NCBI GenBank assembly: GCA_018266175.1
Contig: JAFEAY010000016.1
Span: 1,029 to 65,028 of the forward strand
Source of the DNA: Candidatus Babelota bacterium
GTDB lineage: Bacteria > Babelota > Babeliae > Babelales > RVW-14
Direction: 5' to 3'
Length of the DNA: 64,000 nucleotides
Position 1 is the first letter of the stretch. Each line of letters starts with the position of its first letter. The notes below the pieces were generated by a model, which saw only the letters and a list, made by a program, of their open reading frames with translations, made no database searches and was not told where the DNA came from. The translations under genes were made by a program, and so were the position numbers. Below are positions 8,923 to 17,537 of the stretch, in pieces.

Positions 8923-9006
8923 AGTCAAAACCTTGCGTTTTAGAAGTACAATAAGAAAATCTTTGTATGTTTACACTAAAAATTCGTAACGGTCAAAAAA
9001 ACAATT

Positions 9007-9052
9007 TTATGCAACAATTGCACTGAAAAAGCTCCTCATCGATTGACGCTTT
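9007..9052 (-). pseudogene. Orphan remnant of the last ~15 codons plus stop of a WD40 paralogue
   Basis: 'ttatgcaacaattgcactgaaaaagctcctcatcgattgacgc' closely parallels the 3' end of paralogue 1 at 498-540 ('ttatgcaacaattgcactgaaacagctactcaccaattgaaaacg', encoding ...SSCFSAIVA*). Similarity stops where the rfbF upstream region begins. Confidence 0.6.
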
Positions 9053-9057
9053 CTTTC

Positions 9058-9085
9058 TTGACTTCCCACCGACTCATGATAAGGT
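9058..9085 (+). promoter_or_regulatory. Candidate promoter of the glycan operon (TTGACT-16 nt-TAAGGT)
   Basis: TTGACT is at 9058-9063 and TAAGGT at 9080-9085. The block 'cttgactt...ctcatgataaggtgatagcc' is conserved in the duplicated copy at 4507-4542. The -10 element is weak. Confidence 0.3.
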
Positions 9086-9151
9086 GATAGCCATGTAGGA
9101 GAGGCTTGAAACGTTGCCGTACAGGAACGATCATGCAGATGAGGAGAGAGT

Positions 9152-10039
9152 GTGGATAAGATCAATATTCCGGTCGTCATATTAGCTGGTGGGCTTGGAA
9201 CACGGCTTCGCGAAGAAACTGAATTCAGACCAAAACCGATGGTCCCCATTGGCGGCAAGCCGATGTTGTGGCACATCATGAAAATCTATTCATCATACGG
9301 TTTTTACCGATTCATTATTTGCCTTGGTTACAAAGGCGAAATGGTTAAACACTATTTTTTGAACTATCGCTTTGACGGTGTAGATTTTACCCTCAACACC
9401 AAATCAGGAGCTATTACTGAACATCAAGCAAATGATGAAGAATGGGAAATAACCCTTGCAGACACAGGACAAGATTGTATGACCGGAGGCCGCATAGCTC
9501 GTGTTGCACGGTATATCGACACGCCAACTTTTTTACTCACCTATGGTGATGGCCTGAGCAATATTAACATTGCCAATACCCTTGAATATCATCGCAGCCA
9601 TGGAAAATTGGTAACACTTTCTGGCGTGGCTGCACCTTCACGTTTTGGCAATCTTGAACTTGAAGAAAATAAAGTTGTCTCTTTTTTAGAGAAAAAACCG
9701 CTTACACAAGAATGGGTAAATGGTGGATTTTTTGTCTGCCAAAAAGAATTTTTAAAATATCTTTCACCCGACTCAAGCTGTGTACTTGAACAAGAACCGC
9801 TCCGCAAAGCAGCTCATGACAACCAGCTCATGATCTATAAACATCATGGCTTCTGGCAATGCATGGACACTCTGCGCGAACAACAAAAACTTGAAGAGCT
9901 CTGGTCCACAAGTGCACCATGGAAAGTTTGGGCCGATAAAAGCTTTACTCCAGCAACCAAAGATCTTTCTGAACAAGCAATAAAATCTTGCCCTGAAGCA
10001 GGAATGGCATCACATGACGCACAGGAAAAACAACTATGA
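9152..10039 (+). CDS. rfbF: Glucose-1-phosphate cytidylyltransferase
   Basis: 'VVILAGGLGTRLREETEFRPKPMVPIGGKPMLWHIMKIYSSYGFYRFIICLGYKGEMVKHYFLNY' is the characteristic RfbF/DdhA N-terminus. GTG start. It carries an unusual C-terminal tail of roughly 35-40 aa after 'APWKVW'. Confidence 0.9.
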   Translation: MDKINIPVVILAGGLGTRLREETEFRPKPMVPIGGKPMLWHIMKIYSSYGFYRFIICLGYKGEMVKHYFLNYRFDGVDFTLNTKSGAITEHQANDEEWEITLADTGQDCMTGGRIARVARYIDTPTFLLTYGDGLSNINIANTLEYHRSHGKLVTLSGVAAPSRFGNLELEENKVVSFLEKKPLTQEWVNGGFFVCQKEFLKYLSPDSSCVLEQEPLRKAAHDNQLMIYKHHGFWQCMDTLREQQKLEELWSTSAPWKVWADKSFTPATKDLSEQAIKSCPEAGMASHDAQEKQL

Positions 10040-11088
10040 TGAGCACTTTAATACAACCATACTGGAGAAACCGCAACGTCTTTGTTACCGGTGCAACCGG
10101 ATTACTCGGACCATGGCTGATCAAAGAGCTTCTTGCCCAGCAAGCACGTGTATTTGCGCTCGTGCGTGATCGAATTCCGGATTCATGCTTTTTCACTGAA
10201 AATCTTACTGACCATGTTAACGTTGTATACGGAGATCTTGACAATCTGCCGCTCTTACAACGAGTGCTCAACGAATTTGATATAGAAGCAGTTTTTCACT
10301 TAGGTGCTCAAGCTATTGTTGGGATTGCTAACCGAAGCCCAATTTCTACCTTTACATCCAATATTGCAGGAACCTGGAATTTACTTGAAGCTTGTCGGCT
10401 TTCACCCTGGGTAAAAAAAATTGTTGTTGCATCAAGCGACAAGGCTTATGGGCCACAAGAAATTTTGCCCTACACAGAGCACACTCCATTACAAGGGAAA
10501 TTTCCGTACGATGTTTCAAAAAGTTGCGCCGACTTGATTGCACAATCATATTTTCATACCTACGGAGTGCCGGTATCAATCACTCGTTGTGGCAATTTTT
10601 TTGGTGGTGGAGACTTGCACTTTAATCGAATCATTCCAGGGACTATCAAAGCTGTTCTAAATGGACAAGCTCCTGAAATTAGGTCTAACGGACTTTTTAT
10701 TCGTGATTACATTTACGTTAAAGATGTTGCTGACGCTTATTTGACGCTTGCTGAAAAAATGGATGATCCTGCAATTATTGGACAATCGTTTAATTTTAGC
10801 ACTGATAAGCCATACAATGTGATTGAAATTGTCAAAGAAATCTTGCAGCTCATGAATATGCAAAATCTTGAACCAATTATACGAAACAATGCATCACATG
10901 AAATTCCCGCACAGCATTTAAATTCAAGCAAAGCAGAAGAACTTCTTGGATGGAAAGCAAAATATGGCGTCACGCGCGGCCTTAAAGAAACCATCGATTG
11001 GTATACCAATTTTCTTAGTTCATCAAGCAATACAATAGCTCCTGCACTTCATGCACCCAATGCTTTAGCGAATCTAAAATCATTATGA
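10036..11088 (+). CDS. rfbG: NAD-dependent sugar-nucleotide 4,6-dehydratase, probably CDP-glucose 4,6-dehydratase
   Basis: Rossmann motif 'VFVTGATGLLGPWL', catalytic 'YDVSKSCAD' (YxxxK). It sits directly after rfbF with an ATGA overlap. The substrate assignment rests on context. Confidence 0.65.
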   Translation: MMSTLIQPYWRNRNVFVTGATGLLGPWLIKELLAQQARVFALVRDRIPDSCFFTENLTDHVNVVYGDLDNLPLLQRVLNEFDIEAVFHLGAQAIVGIANRSPISTFTSNIAGTWNLLEACRLSPWVKKIVVASSDKAYGPQEILPYTEHTPLQGKFPYDVSKSCADLIAQSYFHTYGVPVSITRCGNFFGGGDLHFNRIIPGTIKAVLNGQAPEIRSNGLFIRDYIYVKDVADAYLTLAEKMDDPAIIGQSFNFSTDKPYNVIEIVKEILQLMNMQNLEPIIRNNASHEIPAQHLNSSKAEELLGWKAKYGVTRGLKETIDWYTNFLSSSSNTIAPALHAPNALANLKSL

Positions 11089-12032
11089 AAAAAATTTCAA
11101 TCATCGTTGCCTGCTATAACGAAGCAAGCAATATCGAAGAAATGCATGAGCGTGTTAGCAAGGTTATGAAAAGCCTACCCACCTATGATTACGAATTAGT
11201 CTTGATCGATAATGCAAGCACCGATAACTCGCTTGTTATATTTAATAAAATAGTCGCACAAGACGATAAAGTTCATGTTCTTCTGATGTCTCGCAATTTT
11301 GGATCAAACCAACCAAGCCTCCTTGCAGGGATGCGTTATGCCCATGGTGACTGCACGATTGCCCTTGATGGCGACTTACAAGATCCTCCGGAACTCATTC
11401 CAGAGTTTATTAAAAAATGGGAAGAGGGATTTAACGTCGTCTATGGCATTCGCAAGAAGCGCAAAGGAAGCATTTTACGTCGTATTGGATACACCTGCTT
11501 TTATCGAATTTTTAAATGGCTTTCATATCTTGATATTCCACTTGATGCTGGTGATACCTGCTTAATTGATCGTAAGGTTTTAAACATCATTAACAGCTTG
11601 CCTGAAAAAGATCTCTACATTCGCGGCTTACGAACGTGGGCCGGCTTTAAGCAAACAGGACTTGAATATGTACGCGAAGACCGCGCAGGCGGCAGATCGA
11701 GCAACAGCTTTTTTGCAAATTTTTCATGGGTTAAAAAAGCAATCGTTAACTTTTCCTATAAACCACTCGAATTCATTTCTCGGTTAGCAATCATCGCGGT
11801 ATGCATAACCATTATTGCAGCATTTTTTTATCTGTACTGTCACTTCAGATACGGCGCTCCGCAAGGCTTCTCAACACTCCTCATGGTTATGTTTATTTTC
11901 GGAAGCATTCAAATGCTTGCACTGAGTATTATTGGCGAATATCTTATTCGTATATTTCAAGAAGTAAAAGCTCGACCACCCTATTTAATTGGTGAAGTTT
12001 TGCATCGACCGATAAATCGCACAAGGGAGTAA
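11085..12032 (+). CDS. GT2-family polyprenyl-phosphate glycosyltransferase (ArnC/GtrB/DPM1-like)
   Basis: 'ISIIVACYNEASNIEE', 'LVLIDNASTDNS', 'DGDLQDPPELIPEFIKKWEEGFNVVYGIRKKR', plus two C-terminal TM helices. This is the typical ArnC/GtrB architecture. Confidence 0.8.
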   Translation: MKKISIIVACYNEASNIEEMHERVSKVMKSLPTYDYELVLIDNASTDNSLVIFNKIVAQDDKVHVLLMSRNFGSNQPSLLAGMRYAHGDCTIALDGDLQDPPELIPEFIKKWEEGFNVVYGIRKKRKGSILRRIGYTCFYRIFKWLSYLDIPLDAGDTCLIDRKVLNIINSLPEKDLYIRGLRTWAGFKQTGLEYVREDRAGGRSSNSFFANFSWVKKAIVNFSYKPLEFISRLAIIAVCITIIAAFFYLYCHFRYGAPQGFSTLLMVMFIFGSIQMLALSIIGEYLIRIFQEVKARPPYLIGEVLHRPINRTRE

Positions 12033-12034
12033 CT

Positions 12035-13027
12035 ATGAAGAAAGTTCTTGTTACCGGAGGATCTGGGTTTATAGGTTCCAACCTCATACGATCACTTCTT
12101 GGGCCAGAACATGAAATATATTTGCTTGTTCAACCCAACGACACCCTGTGGAGAATTAAGGATATCGCCGACAAGCTGATTATTTTTTACATAGGGTTAA
12201 CCGAATTTTCAACCATCAATACCGTTATATCGGTTATCAAGCCGGATATTATTTTTCATCTTGCCTCGTTTGGCGGTATGCCTTATGAAACAGACTCAAA
12301 AGCTATTTTTGATGTCAATTTCTATGGAACGCTCAACCTCCTCAATGCATGCAAAAAAGTAGGCTTTGAATGCTTTATTAATACCGGAAGCTCTTCAGAA
12401 TATGGTAAAAAAAATATTCCGATGCATGAAGATTTAGTCCTTGAACCCATCAGTGACTATGCGGTCTCAAAAGCAGCAAGCACACAACTCTGCTTGAAAG
12501 AAGCACTCTTTAATAAACTCCCCATCTACACGGTACGACCATTTTCGGTCTACGGTGATGCAGAGTTACATACCAGACTGATTCCTACTATTGCACTCAG
12601 CATTGTCTGTAACGAACCACTTCAGCTTTCATCACCATATTTAGTGAGAGATTTTATTTATATTGATGATATGATTGCGCTCTTGCAAGCAGTCGCTGAT
12701 AAAAAACCTACAAATCATTTCATTTTTAATGCAGGCAGCGGCGTTCAATCAAGCATTCAAGATGCTGTTAATGCAGCACAATTACTACGTGCATTTCCTG
12801 GAGAAGTTCAATGGGGTAAACATACACCTCGCCCTTGGGAACCCACTCATTGGGTTGCAGACATTACACGATCACAAACAGTCCTGGAATGGACTCCTCG
12901 CTTCACGCTGACAACAGGACTTGAAAAAACAATTATATGGTTTAAAAATAATCTCCATCTTTATGGCGAAAGGTTGGGGGCCTATGTACCAGCTTCAAGC
13001 ACAAGCAAGCAACCTGAAACTATCTGA
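12035..13027 (+). CDS. NAD(P)-dependent sugar epimerase/reductase (extended SDR)
   Basis: 'VLVTGGSGFIGSNLIRSL' Rossmann motif and 'YAVSKAAS' YxxxK motif. Confidence 0.75.
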   Translation: MKKVLVTGGSGFIGSNLIRSLLGPEHEIYLLVQPNDTLWRIKDIADKLIIFYIGLTEFSTINTVISVIKPDIIFHLASFGGMPYETDSKAIFDVNFYGTLNLLNACKKVGFECFINTGSSSEYGKKNIPMHEDLVLEPISDYAVSKAASTQLCLKEALFNKLPIYTVRPFSVYGDAELHTRLIPTIALSIVCNEPLQLSSPYLVRDFIYIDDMIALLQAVADKKPTNHFIFNAGSGVQSSIQDAVNAAQLLRAFPGEVQWGKHTPRPWEPTHWVADITRSQTVLEWTPRFTLTTGLEKTIIWFKNNLHLYGERLGAYVPASSTSKQPETI

Positions 13028-13838
13028 TCCAGAGCTGCCTAAGATTATTGCAGAGCATGCACAAAACATGCGACTCAACATTCTTGATATGCTCACCAAA
13101 GCAAAAAGTTCTCACCTTGGATGTTCATTTTCGGTGGTCGATATTTTAGCCGTTGTTTATCACGCTTTTTTAAATGTTGAATCAATTAAGCAGCAACAAC
13201 TTGATCGCGATTACTTTATTTTGAGCAAAGGGCACAGTGCCGCAGCACTCTACACCGCGCTTGCTAGCGCTGGCATTATTCCTGAAGAAATTTTAAAAAC
13301 CCACTACCAAGATGGTAGCGTTTTGTGCGGACACCCGATGAAGGGAGCACTTCCAGGCATAGAGTCAAGCACCGGCTCACTTGGGCATGGCCTTTCACTT
13401 GCTGTTGGACTTGCACTTGCAGCAAAACATAATGGTACAAATAATAAAATTTGTGTACTTGTTGGCGATGGCGAATGCCAAGAAGGCTCAATTTGGGAAG
13501 CAATTACCATGGCTGCCCGCTTCAAGCTCAACAACCTGACCGTTATTGTTGATTACAATAATCTACAAGGGCTTGATATCACTGACGACATTATGCCAGG
13601 AACCTTTGAAGAAAAATTTAAAGCATTTGCTTGTAACCCAATCTCAGTTGATGGCCACAATATTGAAGCGTTGCTTGCTGCTTTTGCACAAACTGGAAGA
13701 ACTGATAAGCCGGACATTATTGTTGCCCGTACGCACAAGGGTCATGGCGTTTCTTTTATCGAAGATAAAATTGAATGGCATTACAAATCATTTTCTCCCG
13801 AGCAATTTTCTCAAGCTCATAAGGAGTTATGTTCATGA
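12984..13838 (+). CDS. Transketolase, N-terminal (TPP-binding) subunit
   Basis: 'HLGCSFSVVDILAVVY', 'LSKGHSAAALYTALA', 'GSLGHGLSLAVGLALA', 'GDGECQEGSIWEA'. The start is uncertain: in-frame candidates are 12921, 12963 and 12984. I chose 12984 to minimise overlap with the preceding gene. Confidence 0.85.
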   Translation: MYQLQAQASNLKLSDPELPKIIAEHAQNMRLNILDMLTKAKSSHLGCSFSVVDILAVVYHAFLNVESIKQQQLDRDYFILSKGHSAAALYTALASAGIIPEEILKTHYQDGSVLCGHPMKGALPGIESSTGSLGHGLSLAVGLALAAKHNGTNNKICVLVGDGECQEGSIWEAITMAARFKLNNLTVIVDYNNLQGLDITDDIMPGTFEEKFKAFACNPISVDGHNIEALLAAFAQTGRTDKPDIIVARTHKGHGVSFIEDKIEWHYKSFSPEQFSQAHKELCS

Positions 13839-14821
13839 GAAATATATTTCTTAACTACCTAACGGAACAAGCAGCAATTGACCCCAACCTTTACTTAATC
13901 GTTGGTGATGTTGGCTATTCAGTTATTGAAAAATTTCAAGAACGTTTTCCTCAACGCATGATCAATGCTGGGGTTGCTGAACAAAATATGATCGGCATGG
14001 CTGCGGGTCTTGCAATGGCAGGTAAAAATGTTTACGTCTATTCAATTGTTCCCTTTGCCTGCATGCGCAACTTTGAACAAATTCGGATCGACATTTGTTA
14101 CCAAAATTTACCGGTAAAAATTGTCGGCAACGGTGGTGGATTTTCTTATGCGCAGGCAGGCGTTACGCATCATGCGCTTGAAGATGTTGCAATTATGCGC
14201 GCACTGCCAGGTATGACGGTTGTCAGCCCTGGCTCTAAAAAAGAGGTTGGCGACTTAATGCCTCAAATCAACGCTCTTCAAGGACCTGCGTATCTACGTC
14301 TTGCGAACAACGAAGAGCTCGTAACCTACGAAGATCAAACAACATGCAAACTTGGTAAAGCTATTGAACTTATTACACACGATGAGGTGATCATTGTTGG
14401 AACGGGGAACGGGCTAGACCTTGCATGGGAAACTTGTAAAGCCTTGGAAACTATTGGGATACCTGTTGGACTGGTGAGCATGCCAACCATTAAACCACTT
14501 GATAGTAAGTTTTTTCTTGCACGGCATAAAAATTTAAAAGCTGTTTTTACCATCGAAGAACACAGTGTCATTGGTGGACTTGGTGAGGCAACAGCTCGCT
14601 TTGTAGCAGAAACAATGCCGAACAAAATTATTTTCAAATCATTTGGTGTTCAAGATTTTTACTACCACACTGTTGGCTCACGTGCATATCTTAAAAAACA
14701 TGCCGGGCTTGAAGGCGAACAGATTGCAACACAGATCAAAAAGCTCCTTGTCGATTATGCATCTTCTACGGTCATGCAATCATCGAATACTGGGCCAGCG
14801 ATAACACATAACCACATTTAA
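13835..14821 (+). CDS. Transketolase, C-terminal (pyrimidine-binding) subunit
   Basis: 'INAGVAEQNMIGMAAGLAMAGKNVYVYSIVPF', 'THHALEDVAIMRALPGMTVVSPG'. ATGA overlap with the upstream subunit, and AAGGAG lies 8 nt before ATG 13835 (the ORF track starts at 13829). Confidence 0.85.
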   Translation: MRNIFLNYLTEQAAIDPNLYLIVGDVGYSVIEKFQERFPQRMINAGVAEQNMIGMAAGLAMAGKNVYVYSIVPFACMRNFEQIRIDICYQNLPVKIVGNGGGFSYAQAGVTHHALEDVAIMRALPGMTVVSPGSKKEVGDLMPQINALQGPAYLRLANNEELVTYEDQTTCKLGKAIELITHDEVIIVGTGNGLDLAWETCKALETIGIPVGLVSMPTIKPLDSKFFLARHKNLKAVFTIEEHSVIGGLGEATARFVAETMPNKIIFKSFGVQDFYYHTVGSRAYLKKHAGLEGEQIATQIKKLLVDYASSTVMQSSNTGPAITHNHI

Positions 14822-14839
14822 AAATAGAAAAAACAAACC

Positions 14840-15835
14840 ATGAGTGCTCAAAAAATATGTTTAGTCACTGGCGGAGCTGGGTTTCTTGGGAGTCATTTAT
14901 GTGCAAAACTCTTGCAGCTTGGCCATATCGTTATTGCACTTGATAACTTTTATACCGGCCGTGAAAAAAATATTGCTGTGCTTCGTCAAAACAAAAATTT
15001 TTCTCTTATTACGCATGACATCATCAATCCAATTCAACTTAACCATGTTGACTGGATTTTTAATCTTGCTTGCCCTGCGTCACCGCCCCACTATCAAAAG
15101 GATCCCATCTACACAACTAAAATTAGTGTGCTTGGCGCTTTAAATATGCTTGAACTTGCACGCACGCACAATGCACGTATTCTGCAGGCATCAACCAGCG
15201 AGGTGTATGGCGACCCCGATGTACATCCTCAGCCAGAAAGTTATAGAGGGGCAGTTAATCCAATTGGGGTTCGTGCGTGCTATGATGAAGGCAAGCGGTG
15301 CGCAGAATCACTTTTTTTTGATTATCATCGCATGTACAAAACTGATATCAAAGTAATTCGAATTTTTAATACCTATGGCCCAAACATGGACCCTGATGAT
15401 GGACGCGTGGTCAGCAATTTTATTATTCAAGCACTTAAGCAAGAGCTCATCACCATGTACGGTGATGGAACGCAAACGCGCTCATTTTGTTATGTTGATG
15501 ATTTGATTGCAGGCATAGTTACAATGATGAATACCAACCACACGGTCACAGGCCCATTAAATTTAGGTAATGATACTGAATTTAATTTGCTGCAACTCGC
15601 AGACATGGTAATTAAATTAACAGGCAGTTCATCGACGTGTGCATTTAAGCAACTTCCGTCTGACGACCCACGTCAACGAAAACCTGATTTGACGTTAACC
15701 AAAGCAACCCTTGGATGGGCGCCGCAAGTTCAACTTGAAGATGGTTTAAAGAAAACGATTGTGTATTTTCATGAAGCGTTAGCACTTCAAAATTTGACAG
15801 ACAAAAGTTATGAAAAAAATATAAGCATCGAGTAA
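14840..15835 (+). CDS. uxs: UDP-glucuronate decarboxylase (UDP-xylose synthase)
   Basis: '[13 protein letters not shown]', '[11 protein letters not shown]', '[31 protein letters not shown]', '[18 protein letters not shown]', '[11 protein letters not shown]', '[22 protein letters not shown]'. This is a near-canonical UXS signature. Confidence 0.9.
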   Translation: MSAQKICLVTGGAGFLGSHLCAKLLQLGHIVIALDNFYTGREKNIAVLRQNKNFSLITHDIINPIQLNHVDWIFNLACPASPPHYQKDPIYTTKISVLGALNMLELARTHNARILQASTSEVYGDPDVHPQPESYRGAVNPIGVRACYDEGKRCAESLFFDYHRMYKTDIKVIRIFNTYGPNMDPDDGRVVSNFIIQALKQELITMYGDGTQTRSFCYVDDLIAGIVTMMNTNHTVTGPLNLGNDTEFNLLQLADMVIKLTGSSSTCAFKQLPSDDPRQRKPDLTLTKATLGWAPQVQLEDGLKKTIVYFHEALALQNLTDKSYEKNISIE

Positions 15836-15836
15836 T

Positions 15837-17537
15837 ATGAAAAAAATTCCCGCAAAACATTTACTCGCACTTCTTTCGTTCCTTGTAGTCTTCCTTATTT
15901 TAGGAATTCCCTACACAACGATTGGCTTTGACTCTGATTGTTTTGGATTGGTATTTTTTAGCGCACAGATAAAAAATTTTTATGATCTTGTACTTCAGCT
16001 CTTTAAACCAATTCAATCATCCTACGTAGCGCTCAATGAACTCACAACACATGCGCCCGAGGGTTTTTTAACCTACTTTCGCCCCTTCATGACACTTGCT
16101 CATTACATATGCTACCAAGTTTTTGGATTTAATCCTTATGCGTATCATTTAGTAAATGTAGGACTGCATGCTTTAACAACAAGCACTTTGGTTTATTTAT
16201 TTTCAGAGTTTTTAAACTGTTGGATTGCCTTTTTACTTGGACTGGCATTTGCGTTTCATCCTGCACTCACACCCGCGTATGTTGGTGTTACCTCGCATGT
16301 TGTTCCAGGATATTTATTCTGGGCTCTCATGCTGCTTGCATACCTAAAATTTTTAAAAACTGACCAACAACGCTGGCACCTTTTGGCGGCCTTTCTCTTT
16401 TTATTGTCACTGCTTTGTTACGAAATAGTTATTGTTTTTCCCGTTGTTTTGCTGTTGTTTTTGGTAATTTTTAAATATGACAACATCATCAAAAAATCAT
16501 ACTTATTTCTTATCGCAATACTCAGCTATCTTACCACACGCTATTTCCTGCTTGGACCTGCAGCAGCTCACGAACAAAAAGCATTAGCGCTAACATCTTT
16601 GCCTCATAAAATAATATTGAATTGGCATCAAGCAATAAAGCCATTTTGGGGGCTTCAAAACGCTTCTAAAGTTACAACAATCACAGTAATGACAACATTT
16701 TTTTACTTCTTTTTTATGATTTTTTTTCAAACTCCAGAGCGAAGAAGACGGTTTATTTTTTACGTACTTTCATTTTTCTTACTTGCATGGCCAATAAGCT
16801 TAGTAAGCCCTGATGGTCGTTATTTTTATCCAGCAATTCCAGTATTTACGCTAATCCTTTACGAGATGATTTCGCACCTTGCAATGCTCATAGACAAAAG
16901 TTCACGTAAAGATCTTTTCAACCTAGCTCTTTATTTAAAAAATGGTATTGCTTTACCATTTTTATTAATGCATTTTATCGGATGGGGAATTTTTCACGAT
17001 AGACAAGCACTTGCAACGCGTACTTTTGTTACACACCAACGAGATCAAGCATTTCAAAGTATTGCCGACCATTATAAAAACATTCCAGATCTGCGTTTGA
17101 TTATGATTGGAACACTTCATTGCTATAACAGCGACACCTTGCTCATGCAACAAGGCATGACGCAAGCTGCACGCCTTTTTTTCAAAAACCCAGAGCTTGA
17201 AGCATACCACGTTACGCAAGCAAAAATTTATAGTATTCAAAGCACAAATTGTTCGTTTCACATTCAACAACTTGCAAACGGCTTTCGCTTCACGTCACCC
17301 CTACCAGAGAAATTATTTTTTATGATTCCTCACGCTTGGCAGCAAGAGACACCTATTCCTTTTTCAATGGGGACAATTATTGTGCATAAAAAGTCTGCTC
17401 CCTGGAAAGCAAGTGATATCTCTTTTATTTTTGATGAAACGTGGCTGGCGGCAAGCGATTTGGTAAGAACCAAATTTGTTACCTTTGATCTCAACCTCTG
17501 GAGCTTTGTTCAACTTGAACTTGGTGAAAAAGTATGA
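15837..17537 (+). CDS. Polytopic membrane protein, putative GT-C-fold glycosyltransferase (ArnT/PMT-like); Wzy/ligase-like role not excluded
   Basis: About 10 or more hydrophobic helices in the first ~380 aa, an acidic 'FDSD' motif after TM1, and a soluble C-terminal domain. It sits in an operon with the ArnC-like GT2. The family assignment is inference. Confidence 0.5.
   Translation: MKKIPAKHLLALLSFLVVFLILGIPYTTIGFDSDCFGLVFFSAQIKNFYDLVLQLFKPIQSSYVALNELTTHAPEGFLTYFRPFMTLAHYICYQVFGFNPYAYHLVNVGLHALTTSTLVYLFSEFLNCWIAFLLGLAFAFHPALTPAYVGVTSHVVPGYLFWALMLLAYLKFLKTDQQRWHLLAAFLFLLSLLCYEIVIVFPVVLLLFLVIFKYDNIIKKSYLFLIAILSYLTTRYFLLGPAAAHEQKALALTSLPHKIILNWHQAIKPFWGLQNASKVTTITVMTTFFYFFFMIFFQTPERRRRFIFYVLSFFLLAWPISLVSPDGRYFYPAIPVFTLILYEMISHLAMLIDKSSRKDLFNLALYLKNGIALPFLLMHFIGWGIFHDRQALATRTFVTHQRDQAFQSIADHYKNIPDLRLIMIGTLHCYNSDTLLMQQGMTQAARLFFKNPELEAYHVTQAKIYSIQSTNCSFHIQQLANGFRFTSPLPEKLFFMIPHAWQQETPIPFSMGTIIVHKKSAPWKASDISFIFDETWLAASDLVRTKFVTFDLNLWSFVQLELGEKV

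Noticed and set aside
9007-9279. ORF-track ORF 9007-9279 (-), 90 aa.
   Set aside because: It runs antisense across the rfbF start and promoter region. Its only protein-like part is the '...FFSAIVA' tail inherited from a WD40 gene remnant, so I treat it as a remnant and not a gene.
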